Positions 28,979-36,447 of a stretch of DNA of 58,424 nt are shown here, one piece after another. A program made the position numbers and the translations under genes. Origin of the DNA: Candidatus Woesearchaeota archaeon (GTDB taxonomy: Archaea; Nanobdellota; Nanobdellia; Pacearchaeales; GW2011-AR1); contig CAYZNI010000003.1 of NCBI GenBank assembly GCA_964479755.1, positions 1-58,424 on the forward strand, given 5' to 3'. Every line of letters starts with the position of its first letter. The first letter of the stretch is position 1. A model generated the notes under the pieces. It was given only the letters and a program-made list of their open reading frames with translations, was not told where the DNA came from and ran no database searches.

Positions 28979-29836
28979 CTAAAAAATCAAAGGTGTTACA
29001 AAAACCTCAATAATTGCAGCGGCAAAAAGTATTACAATTGCAACAATAATCAAATTCAAGGAGTCCTGTAAAACATCCCAGAATTTGCTGGTTCCAAACT
29101 CGTGATTTACGATTGCAACAGAAATAATCCCTCCGGCAAGGGCAATAATAAAGTAAGAAGCAATCTCAAAAATTCCGTGAATGAAAAATCTTGCAAATCC
29201 CAAGGGCAGTTGGGCAAGCTTGTAATCAGTGAAGATCCCCATTGCTGCTCCAATCACAGTCGCATTCCAAACAAGGATAAAAATCACTCCTGCTCCTGCA
29301 ATTAAAGAGAATATCATAGTAAAAAGCAAAACGTACATATTGTTTGTGAAAATCAAGAATAGTCTTTCTTTATTTGTCAGAAATGGAGTCAATTGCGCGG
29401 TTTCCTTAATTCCATATTGCTGCATGCAATCATTGAAATTAGCAGGGCGATTAATCTGGCAGTATGTTTCTATCTGCGTCCTAAAGCTGTCTGTAGATGG
29501 CAGAAGGGCATACCAAAATGAAAATGCCACAGTGTATCCAATAAACAACCAGAGGAAAGCATAAATTGCTCTTCTGTGATCCTTGACAAGCTGCCAGCTT
29601 CCCCTGTTCTTTCCGATTCTGTGCTCTTCAAATCTCAAAGTGTAATAAATAAAAGGCATAGAAAAAAGCACAGTGAATAAAACAACTAAAATTCCCGCGC
29701 TTTTCTTTAGCACAGCATCTTGAAGAAAAACCCATTGCACAATCACGACTGCCAAGCTAGCATAAAACAGCCCAATAAAAAACATCTCCCAAGGTCTTCT
29801 CTCGGCCTTCTTCGGCCTGATTAGCATTTCTAGCAT
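28979..29836 (-). CDS. SpoIIM-like (DUF95) integral membrane protein
   Basis: 'FTNNMYVLLFTMIFSLIAGAGVIFILVWNATVIG' is typical of the family. 285 aa with 6 TM helices. Confidence 0.55.
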   Translation of the reverse strand: MLEMLIRPKKAERRPWEMFFIGLFYASLAVVIVQWVFLQDAVLKKSAGILVVLFTVLFSMPFIYYTLRFEEHRIGKNRGSWQLVKDHRRAIYAFLWLFIGYTVAFSFWYALLPSTDSFRTQIETYCQINRPANFNDCMQQYGIKETAQLTPFLTNKERLFLIFTNNMYVLLFTMIFSLIAGAGVIFILVWNATVIGAAMGIFTDYKLAQLPLGFARFFIHGIFEIASYFIIALAGGIISVAIVNHEFGTSKFWDVLQDSLNLIIVAIVILFAAAIIEVFVTPLIF

Positions 29837-29897
29837 TTAGTCACACTCTTTTCATTAATTACAACGTCAAGCTTTTATACTTTGTTGTCAACTAAAC

Positions 29898-29906
29898 TAT
29901 TATAAA
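29898..29906 (+). promoter_or_regulatory. TATA-like box for rpiB
   Basis: 'TATTATAAA' begins 30 nt upstream of the ATG at 29928. Confidence 0.4.
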
Positions 29907-29927
29907 TCTCTCTTTCCGAATAGTTAA

Positions 29928-30383
29928 ATGAAACAAATAATCTTCCTTGCGTCCGACCACGCCGGCTTTAAGCTAAAAGAAAAAATTAAACATTATCTCT
30001 GCAAAAATAAATTCACTATTGTTGACTTTGGAGATTTCTCACCAGGCAAAAAAGATGATTACCCTGACTTTGTTATTCCGTTAGCCGAAGAAGTTTCCAA
30101 GTCGTCAAAATATCTTGGAATAGTCCTCGGTGGCTCTGGGCAAGGCGAGGCAATTGCAGCTAACAAAGTTAAAGGTGCTCGCGCAATCGTAATCTATGCC
30201 CCAAACAGAAAAATTGCAAAATTGTCAAAAGAACATAATAACGCAAATATCCTATCACTCGGCGCGAGATTCCTGACAGAAAAACAAGCCATTCAAGTTA
30301 TCGAGCCCTGGCTAAAAACTAAATTCACAAACGACAAACGCCACATCAGAAGACTGAAAAAAATCGCAAGTTACGAAAAATGA
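29928..30383 (+). CDS. rpiB: Ribose-5-phosphate isomerase B
   Basis: 'IFLASDHAGFKLKE' and 'GGSGQGEAIAANK'. 151 aa. Confidence 0.85.
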   Translation: MKQIIFLASDHAGFKLKEKIKHYLCKNKFTIVDFGDFSPGKKDDYPDFVIPLAEEVSKSSKYLGIVLGGSGQGEAIAANKVKGARAIVIYAPNRKIAKLSKEHNNANILSLGARFLTEKQAIQVIEPWLKTKFTNDKRHIRRLKKIASYEK

Positions 30384-31009
30384 AAGTCATTCCTACAATT
30401 TTCGCCACTTCAAAAACAGAATTTGAAAAAAGGTTTAACAAATTAGTAATAATCTCAAAAAATATCCAAATTGACTTTATGGACGGAAAATTCGTAGTTT
30501 CAAAATCAGTTTCAATTAAAGATATTCCAAACTTGAAAAAAATCTCAAATAATTTTGAAGCTCACTTAATGACTCTTCATCCTGAAAAATATCTTTTTAG
30601 TTTGAAACAAAAGGGTTTCAAAAAAATAATTTTTCATTTAGAATCAACTGATTACCCAGAAAAAATAATTGAAAAAATAAAAAACCTGAATTTAGAATGT
30701 TGGATAGCATTAAATCCAGAAACTAATATAAAATCTATTTTCCCGTATTTGAAAAAAGTCAACGGAATTTTATTTCTCGGAGTTCATCCAGGAAAAGAGC
30801 ATCTCTCATTCATTCCAGAGGTTTACAAAAAAATAAGTTATCTCCGAGAAAAAGACAAAAAAATAAAAATCCAAGTTGACGGCGGCGTAAACGAAAAAGT
30901 CGCTCATAAATTAGCAAAGCTAAAAGTCAATGCAATTAACTCCGGCTCTTACGTCGCAGATTCTCCAGCTCCAAAAGAAGCAATCAGGAAATTATCTAAA
31001 ATAAGATGA
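30380..31009 (+). CDS. rpe: Ribulose-phosphate 3-epimerase-like protein
   Basis: 'DFMDGKFV', 'AHLM', 'FHLE', 'ALNPET', 'VHPGKE' and 'QVDGGVN' occur in canonical order. 4-nt overlap with rpiB. Confidence 0.75.
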   Translation: MKVIPTIFATSKTEFEKRFNKLVIISKNIQIDFMDGKFVVSKSVSIKDIPNLKKISNNFEAHLMTLHPEKYLFSLKQKGFKKIIFHLESTDYPEKIIEKIKNLNLECWIALNPETNIKSIFPYLKKVNGILFLGVHPGKEHLSFIPEVYKKISYLREKDKKIKIQVDGGVNEKVAHKLAKLKVNAINSGSYVADSPAPKEAIRKLSKIR

Positions 31010-31208
31010 TTAGTTCTATTACCGAATAAACCTTTTCATTTTTGGCATTTAAAGTCTCTAATTTCTTCATAAATAATAGTTTTGAAACGCAAGTAATATT
31101 AGAGGTTTTCAATTAATTATATTCGTTGTTAATTGCTATTGGGCTATTTTTTTATGTGAAAAATTTCATCACCATAATTAATATATAATTACTTCGCCAT
31201 CTATAAAA

Positions 31209-31409
31209 ATGCTGGAAAAGGTTGTGTTGGACATGCCGGACAGATTCAGAGGTCGAAGGGAAGAACCTCCATTAAAAAAAGAAAATCTTACTAGGCCAAT
31301 TGCTATAGGTTTACTTTTACTAACTCTAGTAATATCATACTTTGTTTTCAATCCAGAAAAATGCAACTATCATTATCAAACCGGAATTTATCAAACGCAC
31401 AATCAATAA
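31209..31409 (+). CDS. Possible small single-TM protein upstream of the ABC operon
   Basis: 66-aa ORF with a basic N-terminus and one hydrophobic helix ('PIAIGLLLLTLVISYFVF'). No homology recognised, and an antisense ORF competes with it. Confidence 0.25.
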   Translation: MLEKVVLDMPDRFRGRREEPPLKKENLTRPIAIGLLLLTLVISYFVFNPEKCNYHYQTGIYQTHNQ

Positions 31410-31410
31410 C

Positions 31411-31418
31411 TATTTAAT
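31411..31418 (+). promoter_or_regulatory. TATA-like box for the ABC operon
   Basis: 'TATTTAAT' begins 29 nt upstream of the ATG at 31440. Confidence 0.35.
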
Positions 31419-31439
31419 CTTCAACTTCTATTTTACTAA

Positions 31440-32150
31440 ATGTCAACTCTAATTGAACTCCGGGATGTAAAAAAGCACTATGAAATGGGCGAGAATACAG
31501 TCAAGGCAGTTGACGGAGTTTCACTCAAGATAGAAAAAGGAGACTTCGTGGCAATTATGGGTCCATCTGGAAGCGGCAAATCAACTATGATGAATCTTGT
31601 TGGCTCCCTTGATTTGGCTACAGAGGGAGAAATTTTTCTTGGCGGGAAAGATATAGAACACCTTACTGAATCTGATCTTGCACAATTGCGCGGAAAAAAA
31701 ATCGGCTTTATCTTTCAAAGCTTTAATCTGATTCCGAATCTAACGGCAAAAGAAAATATCATGTTGCCAATGTTGTTTCAAGGCACGACAAAAGAGCAGC
31801 GGGAAAGAAAAGCCGAAGAGCTGCTTAAATTAGTAGGCCTGCAGGATCGCGAGGATCACTATCCAAATCAGCTTTCAGGAGGCCAACAGCAGCGAGTGGC
31901 AATCGCGCGCTCTCTTTCGAACAACCCTGAAGTTATCTTAGCCGACGAACCTACTGGAAATCTTGACACGAAAACTGGAGAAATGGTTATGTCCTTCTTA
32001 GAAAAACTAAACAAAGAGGGAAAAACAATCATAATGGTTACTCACGACCCTCAAAAGGCTCAAATGCACGCCAAAAAAGTATTTTGGCTAAAAGACGGCA
32101 AAGTTGAAAAAATTACAAAGATGGTAAAGGGGCGTTGGGTTAGGCAATAG
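31440..32150 (+). CDS. ABC transporter ATP-binding protein (MacB/LolD class)
   Basis: Walker A 'GPSGSGKST', signature '[15 protein letters not shown]', Walker B '[11 protein letters not shown]'. Confidence 0.92.
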   Translation: MSTLIELRDVKKHYEMGENTVKAVDGVSLKIEKGDFVAIMGPSGSGKSTMMNLVGSLDLATEGEIFLGGKDIEHLTESDLAQLRGKKIGFIFQSFNLIPNLTAKENIMLPMLFQGTTKEQRERKAEELLKLVGLQDREDHYPNQLSGGQQQRVAIARSLSNNPEVILADEPTGNLDTKTGEMVMSFLEKLNKEGKTIIMVTHDPQKAQMHAKKVFWLKDGKVEKITKMVKGRWVRQ

Positions 32151-32194
32151 CTAAGCATAGTCAAAATTAAATACATTAAAACTTTCAGAAATAA

Positions 32195-33409
32195 ATGAAA
32201 GACTATTTTTTTATCGCTTCGAAAAATGTGCGTAAGAGAGGCATCCGCTCCTGGTTGACAATGCTGGGAATTTTTTTAGGAATTGCAGCAGTAGTTTCGC
32301 TTATTTCACTTGGGCAGGGCCTTAGAACAGCAATAACTGGGCAGTTTTCAACTTTGTCCACTGACACCTTGACAATAACAAGCGCTGACACCGGGTTTTC
32401 TCCTCCTGGGAGCACGGCAGTTAGAATACTCACAGACCGGGACCTGAAAATAGTCGAGTCAGTTCAAGGTGTAAGGATTACAATTCCCAGATTGTTAAGA
32501 GTCGCAAAAGTTGAATACAATAGATTGCAGCAGTTTAGTTACGTGGTAAGTATGCCTCCAGAAAAAGAAAAAATTGCGGAAGTCTACTCTGCTATGAACA
32601 TAAAAGTTCAAGACGGCCGTCTTCTTCGCGCTGATGATGATGGTAAAGTTCTTCTCGGAAATGACTTTGTTTCAAACAATGCCTTCGAAAAAAAACTGAG
32701 AGTTGGCTCAAAAATTACAATTCAAGGATCAGAATTCGAAGTCGTCGGCTTCTTGAAAAAAGCCAGCACATTTACTATTAACTCTGCAATTATAATGCCT
32801 GAAAAAGATATGAAAAAAGTCTTCAATATAGGGGATGAAATAGATTTAATAGTAGCACGAGTTTTTGATGAGTCTCAAACAAACTCTGTCGCAGAGGAAA
32901 TTTCAAAAAAAATGCGGCGCGACCGGGACCAAAAGCTTGGAGAGGAAGATTTTTTGGTTCAATCCCCAGTTCAGGCCCTCGGAACTGTCAAGACGATAAT
33001 AAATGTGATAAATATCGTAGTTGCCGGAATAGCGGCAATTTCTCTTTTGGTCGGAGGAATCGGAATTGCAAACACAATGTTTACTTCTGTCTTGGAAAGA
33101 ACCCGTGAAATCGGCGTGATGAAAGCCATCGGGGCAAGAAACTCCGACATTTTATCCGTTTTCATTATCGAGGCTGCTTTGCTAGGATTAATAGGAGGCC
33201 TCATAGGAGCTTTCATAGGTTTATCTTTGGCATTTGCTGCCTCCTCGATAGCAAATTCGGCTTTGGGAGAAACCATTCTGACCGTAAGTCCATCTATGCC
33301 CCTCATATTCGGCTCAATCTCGTTCTCCTTGCTTATTGGCATCGCCTCTGGAATAATCCCTGCGCTTCAAGCGTCTAAACTAAACCCTGTGGATGCCCTT
33401 AGAAAATGA
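32195..33409 (+). CDS. FtsX/MacB-type ABC permease, paralog 1
   Basis: TM1, a ~230-aa extracytoplasmic domain, then 3 C-terminal TM helices. 'ANTMFTSVLERTREIGVMKAIGA' is the FtsX-domain motif. Confidence 0.88.
   Translation: MKDYFFIASKNVRKRGIRSWLTMLGIFLGIAAVVSLISLGQGLRTAITGQFSTLSTDTLTITSADTGFSPPGSTAVRILTDRDLKIVESVQGVRITIPRLLRVAKVEYNRLQQFSYVVSMPPEKEKIAEVYSAMNIKVQDGRLLRADDDGKVLLGNDFVSNNAFEKKLRVGSKITIQGSEFEVVGFLKKASTFTINSAIIMPEKDMKKVFNIGDEIDLIVARVFDESQTNSVAEEISKKMRRDRDQKLGEEDFLVQSPVQALGTVKTIINVINIVVAGIAAISLLVGGIGIANTMFTSVLERTREIGVMKAIGARNSDILSVFIIEAALLGLIGGLIGAFIGLSLAFAASSIANSALGETILTVSPSMPLIFGSISFSLLIGIASGIIPALQASKLNPVDALRK
33068..33154 (+). repeat. 87-nt segment 81/87 identical to 34270-34356
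   Basis: Hand alignment. Encodes the identical peptide ANTMFTSVLERTREIGVMKAIGARNSDIL in both permease genes. Confidence 0.9.
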
Positions 33410-34614
33410 TTTCCGATTATTTTAAGCTCGCAGTAAAAAATATTGCTAAAAGAAGGCTAAGAACTTTTCTCACTTTAATTGGCATCTTGATTTCTATAGC
33501 CACAATTTTTGTATTGATAAGCCTCTCGCTTGGACTAGACGCCACTGTAAAAGGCGAGTTTCAAAAGCTCGGCTCGGACAAGTTTTTCATCCAGCCGCGA
33601 GGCCAATTTGGCCCTCCTGGCTCCACGTCAACCGGCTCAATTCTTACACAAGATGATGTGGATGTCGTGAAAAAAGTTGCGGGAGTTAAAGATGTCAGCT
33701 ATTACACCGTTGGTAATGCAAAAATTGAGCATCGTGGTAAAATCAGATTTATTTCAGTAGTTGGAGCAAATCTAGAAAATCCAGAGCTTCTTTTTTCTTC
33801 TTTCGATTTGGATGAAGGCAGGCTTATAGAAAAATCAGACCGCGGAAAAATCTTCATTGGCTCACAATACAAAGAAAATAATTATCTTGGAAATCCAGTT
33901 GGCTTAAGAGCCACAATTACAATTCAGGGTTCGGAATTTAATGTTGTAGGAATAGCAAAAACTCGCGGAACTCCGCAGGATGACAGGTTGATATTCATGC
34001 CAGAAGATGAATTTCGGGAGCTTTTCAACATCTCGGAAAGAGTTGATTTTGTAATAGTTCAAGTTGAAGAAGGCTACGACTTAAACTCAGTTGCGTCAAA
34101 CGCTAAGAAAAGGCTGATGAAATCTCGCGACGTCAATTCCAAGAATATTGATTTTACAATTCTAACCCCTGAAGAGCTTCTAGCGACTATCGCAACAGTC
34201 CTGAATATAATAACCGCCTTTTTGTTCGGAATAGCAGCAATTTCTCTTCTAGTAGGCGGGATTAATATAGCAAATACAATGTTTACTTCTGTCTTGGAAA
34301 GAACCCGCGAAATCGGCGTGATGAAAGCCATTGGCGCGAGAAATTCCGACATTTTAATAATATTTTTGATTGAAGCAGGCCTTCTTGGTTTAGTGGGGGG
34401 CTTAGTGGGAGTTGCTCTTGGATTTTCATTGGCGAAATCCGTGGAATACATCGCAGTCAATATGCTGGCAACAACTCTTCTAAGGCCATCAACTCCGTTT
34501 TACTTATTTGCGGGCTGCTTGGTTTTCGCCTTTCTTGCCGGAACTGTCTCAGGTCTCTGGCCTGCTTGGCGGGCAACAAAAATCAAGCCAGTTGAAGCTC
34601 TAAGATATGAATAA
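33406..34614 (+). CDS. FtsX/MacB-type ABC permease, paralog 2
   Basis: Same architecture as paralog 1. 4-nt overlap with paralog 1. Confidence 0.88.
   Translation: MISDYFKLAVKNIAKRRLRTFLTLIGILISIATIFVLISLSLGLDATVKGEFQKLGSDKFFIQPRGQFGPPGSTSTGSILTQDDVDVVKKVAGVKDVSYYTVGNAKIEHRGKIRFISVVGANLENPELLFSSFDLDEGRLIEKSDRGKIFIGSQYKENNYLGNPVGLRATITIQGSEFNVVGIAKTRGTPQDDRLIFMPEDEFRELFNISERVDFVIVQVEEGYDLNSVASNAKKRLMKSRDVNSKNIDFTILTPEELLATIATVLNIITAFLFGIAAISLLVGGINIANTMFTSVLERTREIGVMKAIGARNSDILIIFLIEAGLLGLVGGLVGVALGFSLAKSVEYIAVNMLATTLLRPSTPFYLFAGCLVFAFLAGTVSGLWPAWRATKIKPVEALRYE
34270..34356 (+). repeat. Second copy of the 87-nt permease segment
   Basis: Six mismatches to 33068-33154, all synonymous. Confidence 0.9.
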
Positions 34615-34622
34615 AAAATTTT

Positions 34623-34674
34623 AAAGAGAAATTTGAATAATTCAGTTTCCACGAAGAAGTTTTAAAATTCCTCC
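34623..34674. repeat. ~52-nt intergenic element, copy A (similar to 54216-54267)
   Basis: Ungapped hand alignment gives 40/52 identities with copy B. Begins 9 nt after the permease stop. Confidence 0.5.
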
Positions 34675-34907
34675 AAGCCCTGGTAATTTTCTATTTCGAA
34701 CATTTTAATGAATAACTGCCGAGTTTTTAGCACATATATTAACAATTTTCAAGACAGGGAGATGCAAAATCAAAAAGTCCAAACAAAGCAGTTGTCTGTA
34801 TTTAATAAAAAAAGGTTAGAGGTCTTTATTGATAATATTAAAACAGAGTTTTCCAAAATTCAGGCAAATTAATTTCTAATATTATGTCGATTGACAAGCC
34901 AGTAATT

Positions 34908-35633
34908 TTATTCGGTGCTGGTGCTCGCCTTCGCCTGAACAATCATTTCAACCATCAACTTTTCAACTGCAGGCATAATTTCGCAGTTCGCGACTTTTAT
35001 GCTATAGCAATTTCCCATTATGTCAACTCGAGTTTCCTCGCCTCCAGTAATCTCAATCACGGGATTGTTTGGCCTGTTTTCACAAGTCACATATTTTAAA
35101 TTGTTTTTTTCGGCTTCTTCTTTGTTCATTAAAGCGCCCTCAATTTTAATTCCATTAGCTGTTAAAAATCCGGAAAGCGAGGCAAATCCCACGCTGCCAT
35201 ATTCGCATCCAGTTAACCCTTTTTCGTCTGTTACAATAAAAACAGTCTTCTTTTTTGCAAGGTCGATTTCTCCAATCAATGGCACGTGATTTTCCCTGGG
35301 ATCTCCTCTTAAAATCATTTTAACAGCTTTAACATTTGCTTGGCTAGTCGCTCTTCCTGTTATTGGAGTGACAAGATTGTAGGAATATGTGTAAAGCGGG
35401 ATATTTTCAAGGGACTCTTTAGTGAAAGTCATCCCCCGATATTCAAACGTTTTCATGCTCTTCAAGACTGAAGTTGACAGGAAAAAACTTACAAAAATCA
35501 CAACCATAACTCCAAGCACCCAATAAAGTTGTCTAGAATAATTAGGAGCTTCTTTCTTTGCTTCAGTTTCCTTTTTTGATTTTTCAGAGATTAGTTCTTT
35601 CTTATCTTCAGTTTCATTTTTCTTTTTTGCCAT
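34908..35633 (-). CDS. N-terminally anchored extracytoplasmic protein (hypothetical, 4 Cys)
   Basis: 241 aa with a Lys/Glu-rich N-tail and one TM. TAATG overlap with the upstream gene. The C-terminal region is paralogous to the 180-aa neighbour. Confidence 0.6.
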   Translation of the reverse strand: MAKKKNETEDKKELISEKSKKETEAKKEAPNYSRQLYWVLGVMVVIFVSFFLSTSVLKSMKTFEYRGMTFTKESLENIPLYTYSYNLVTPITGRATSQANVKAVKMILRGDPRENHVPLIGEIDLAKKKTVFIVTDEKGLTGCEYGSVGFASLSGFLTANGIKIEGALMNKEEAEKNNLKYVTCENRPNNPVIEITGGEETRVDIMGNCYSIKVANCEIMPAVEKLMVEMIVQAKASTSTE

Positions 35634-36175
35634 TAGTTTTTCCCCATCAATTTGAAAACAAGTGCATCAACCGCCCTTGAATCACCCTCAATGAAAACAC
35701 AGCTTTCATTTTTGAAGACTTTATTTTCCTCGCTATCTTTCCAAATTATCAGGTTTTCAGAGCATTCTTTCTCAGGAAGGTCTTTTTCACAAGGGCCGTA
35801 GCACGCTTCTTGTATTTTGGACGAGTACTTTGAAAGAAACTGAAGAGCATCAGTCAAAACGCTGGGGTTTTCAGCAGCAATATAAAGAGTTTTGCCAACA
35901 TAATCATTCAAGTTGTAGTTTCCCTCGATAGAAACATTGTTAACCTGCTCAATTGTGTTTGAAAAATAAAAAGTTTGCCCTTCAAATTCAACGCCGCCTT
36001 CTAAATTTTGCTGCCCATTTTGTGTTCCATCGCTATTTCCTTGAAAAGTTGAAAAAGCATATCCGATGGTTCCAAGAACTAAAACCGCGAGCATAAACAG
36101 GCTTATATAAGTCGCATTTTTCTTCTTTTTCTCCTCCAAATGCTGTTCCATTCCAACCTTTCTCATATTTCTCAT
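35633..36175 (-). CDS. N-terminally anchored extracytoplasmic protein (hypothetical, 4 Cys)
   Basis: 180 aa with one TM after a basic N-terminus. Lies downstream of the S-layer gene. Confidence 0.6.
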   Translation of the reverse strand: MRNMRKVGMEQHLEEKKKKNATYISLFMLAVLVLGTIGYAFSTFQGNSDGTQNGQQNLEGGVEFEGQTFYFSNTIEQVNNVSIEGNYNLNDYVGKTLYIAAENPSVLTDALQFLSKYSSKIQEACYGPCEKDLPEKECSENLIIWKDSEENKVFKNESCVFIEGDSRAVDALVFKLMGKN

Positions 36176-36403
36176 AAAGAATGAGGGTTTAAAAGAATTG
36201 CGAACATAGAGAGTTTCAAGAATTCAGGGCTTAGGGTTTTTGAGATTTAGAGCTTTTTTTAATGCAAATAGTTGAATGAGGCACTTCGCAAATTTCTAAT
36301 AAGTCTCTGCAAAATTTAAATTGAGAAAACACTTCCAGAATAATCTTCAACTAAAACTTGATGCAATAATTGTGAAAAAAATATTCAAGTTCACACCACC
36401 TCA

Positions 36404-36447
36404 AGAAAAAATAAAAACAAAAAAGAAAAAAAATAAAATTAACTTAT
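36404..36447 (-). terminator. Oligo-T termination tract after the S-layer gene
   Basis: The minus strand reads ATAAGTTAATTTTATTTTTTTTCTTTTTTGTTTTTATTTTTTCT, with runs of T8, T6, T5 and T6, immediately after the TAA stop. Confidence 0.5.

Noticed and set aside
32971-34460. Antisense ORFs 32971-33342 (-) and 34074-34460 (-) sharing 'MSEFLAPMAFITPISRVLSKTEVNIVFAI'
   Set aside because: The shared peptide is the reverse-frame reading of the 87-nt near-identical segment of the two FtsX permease genes. It is not an independent conserved protein.
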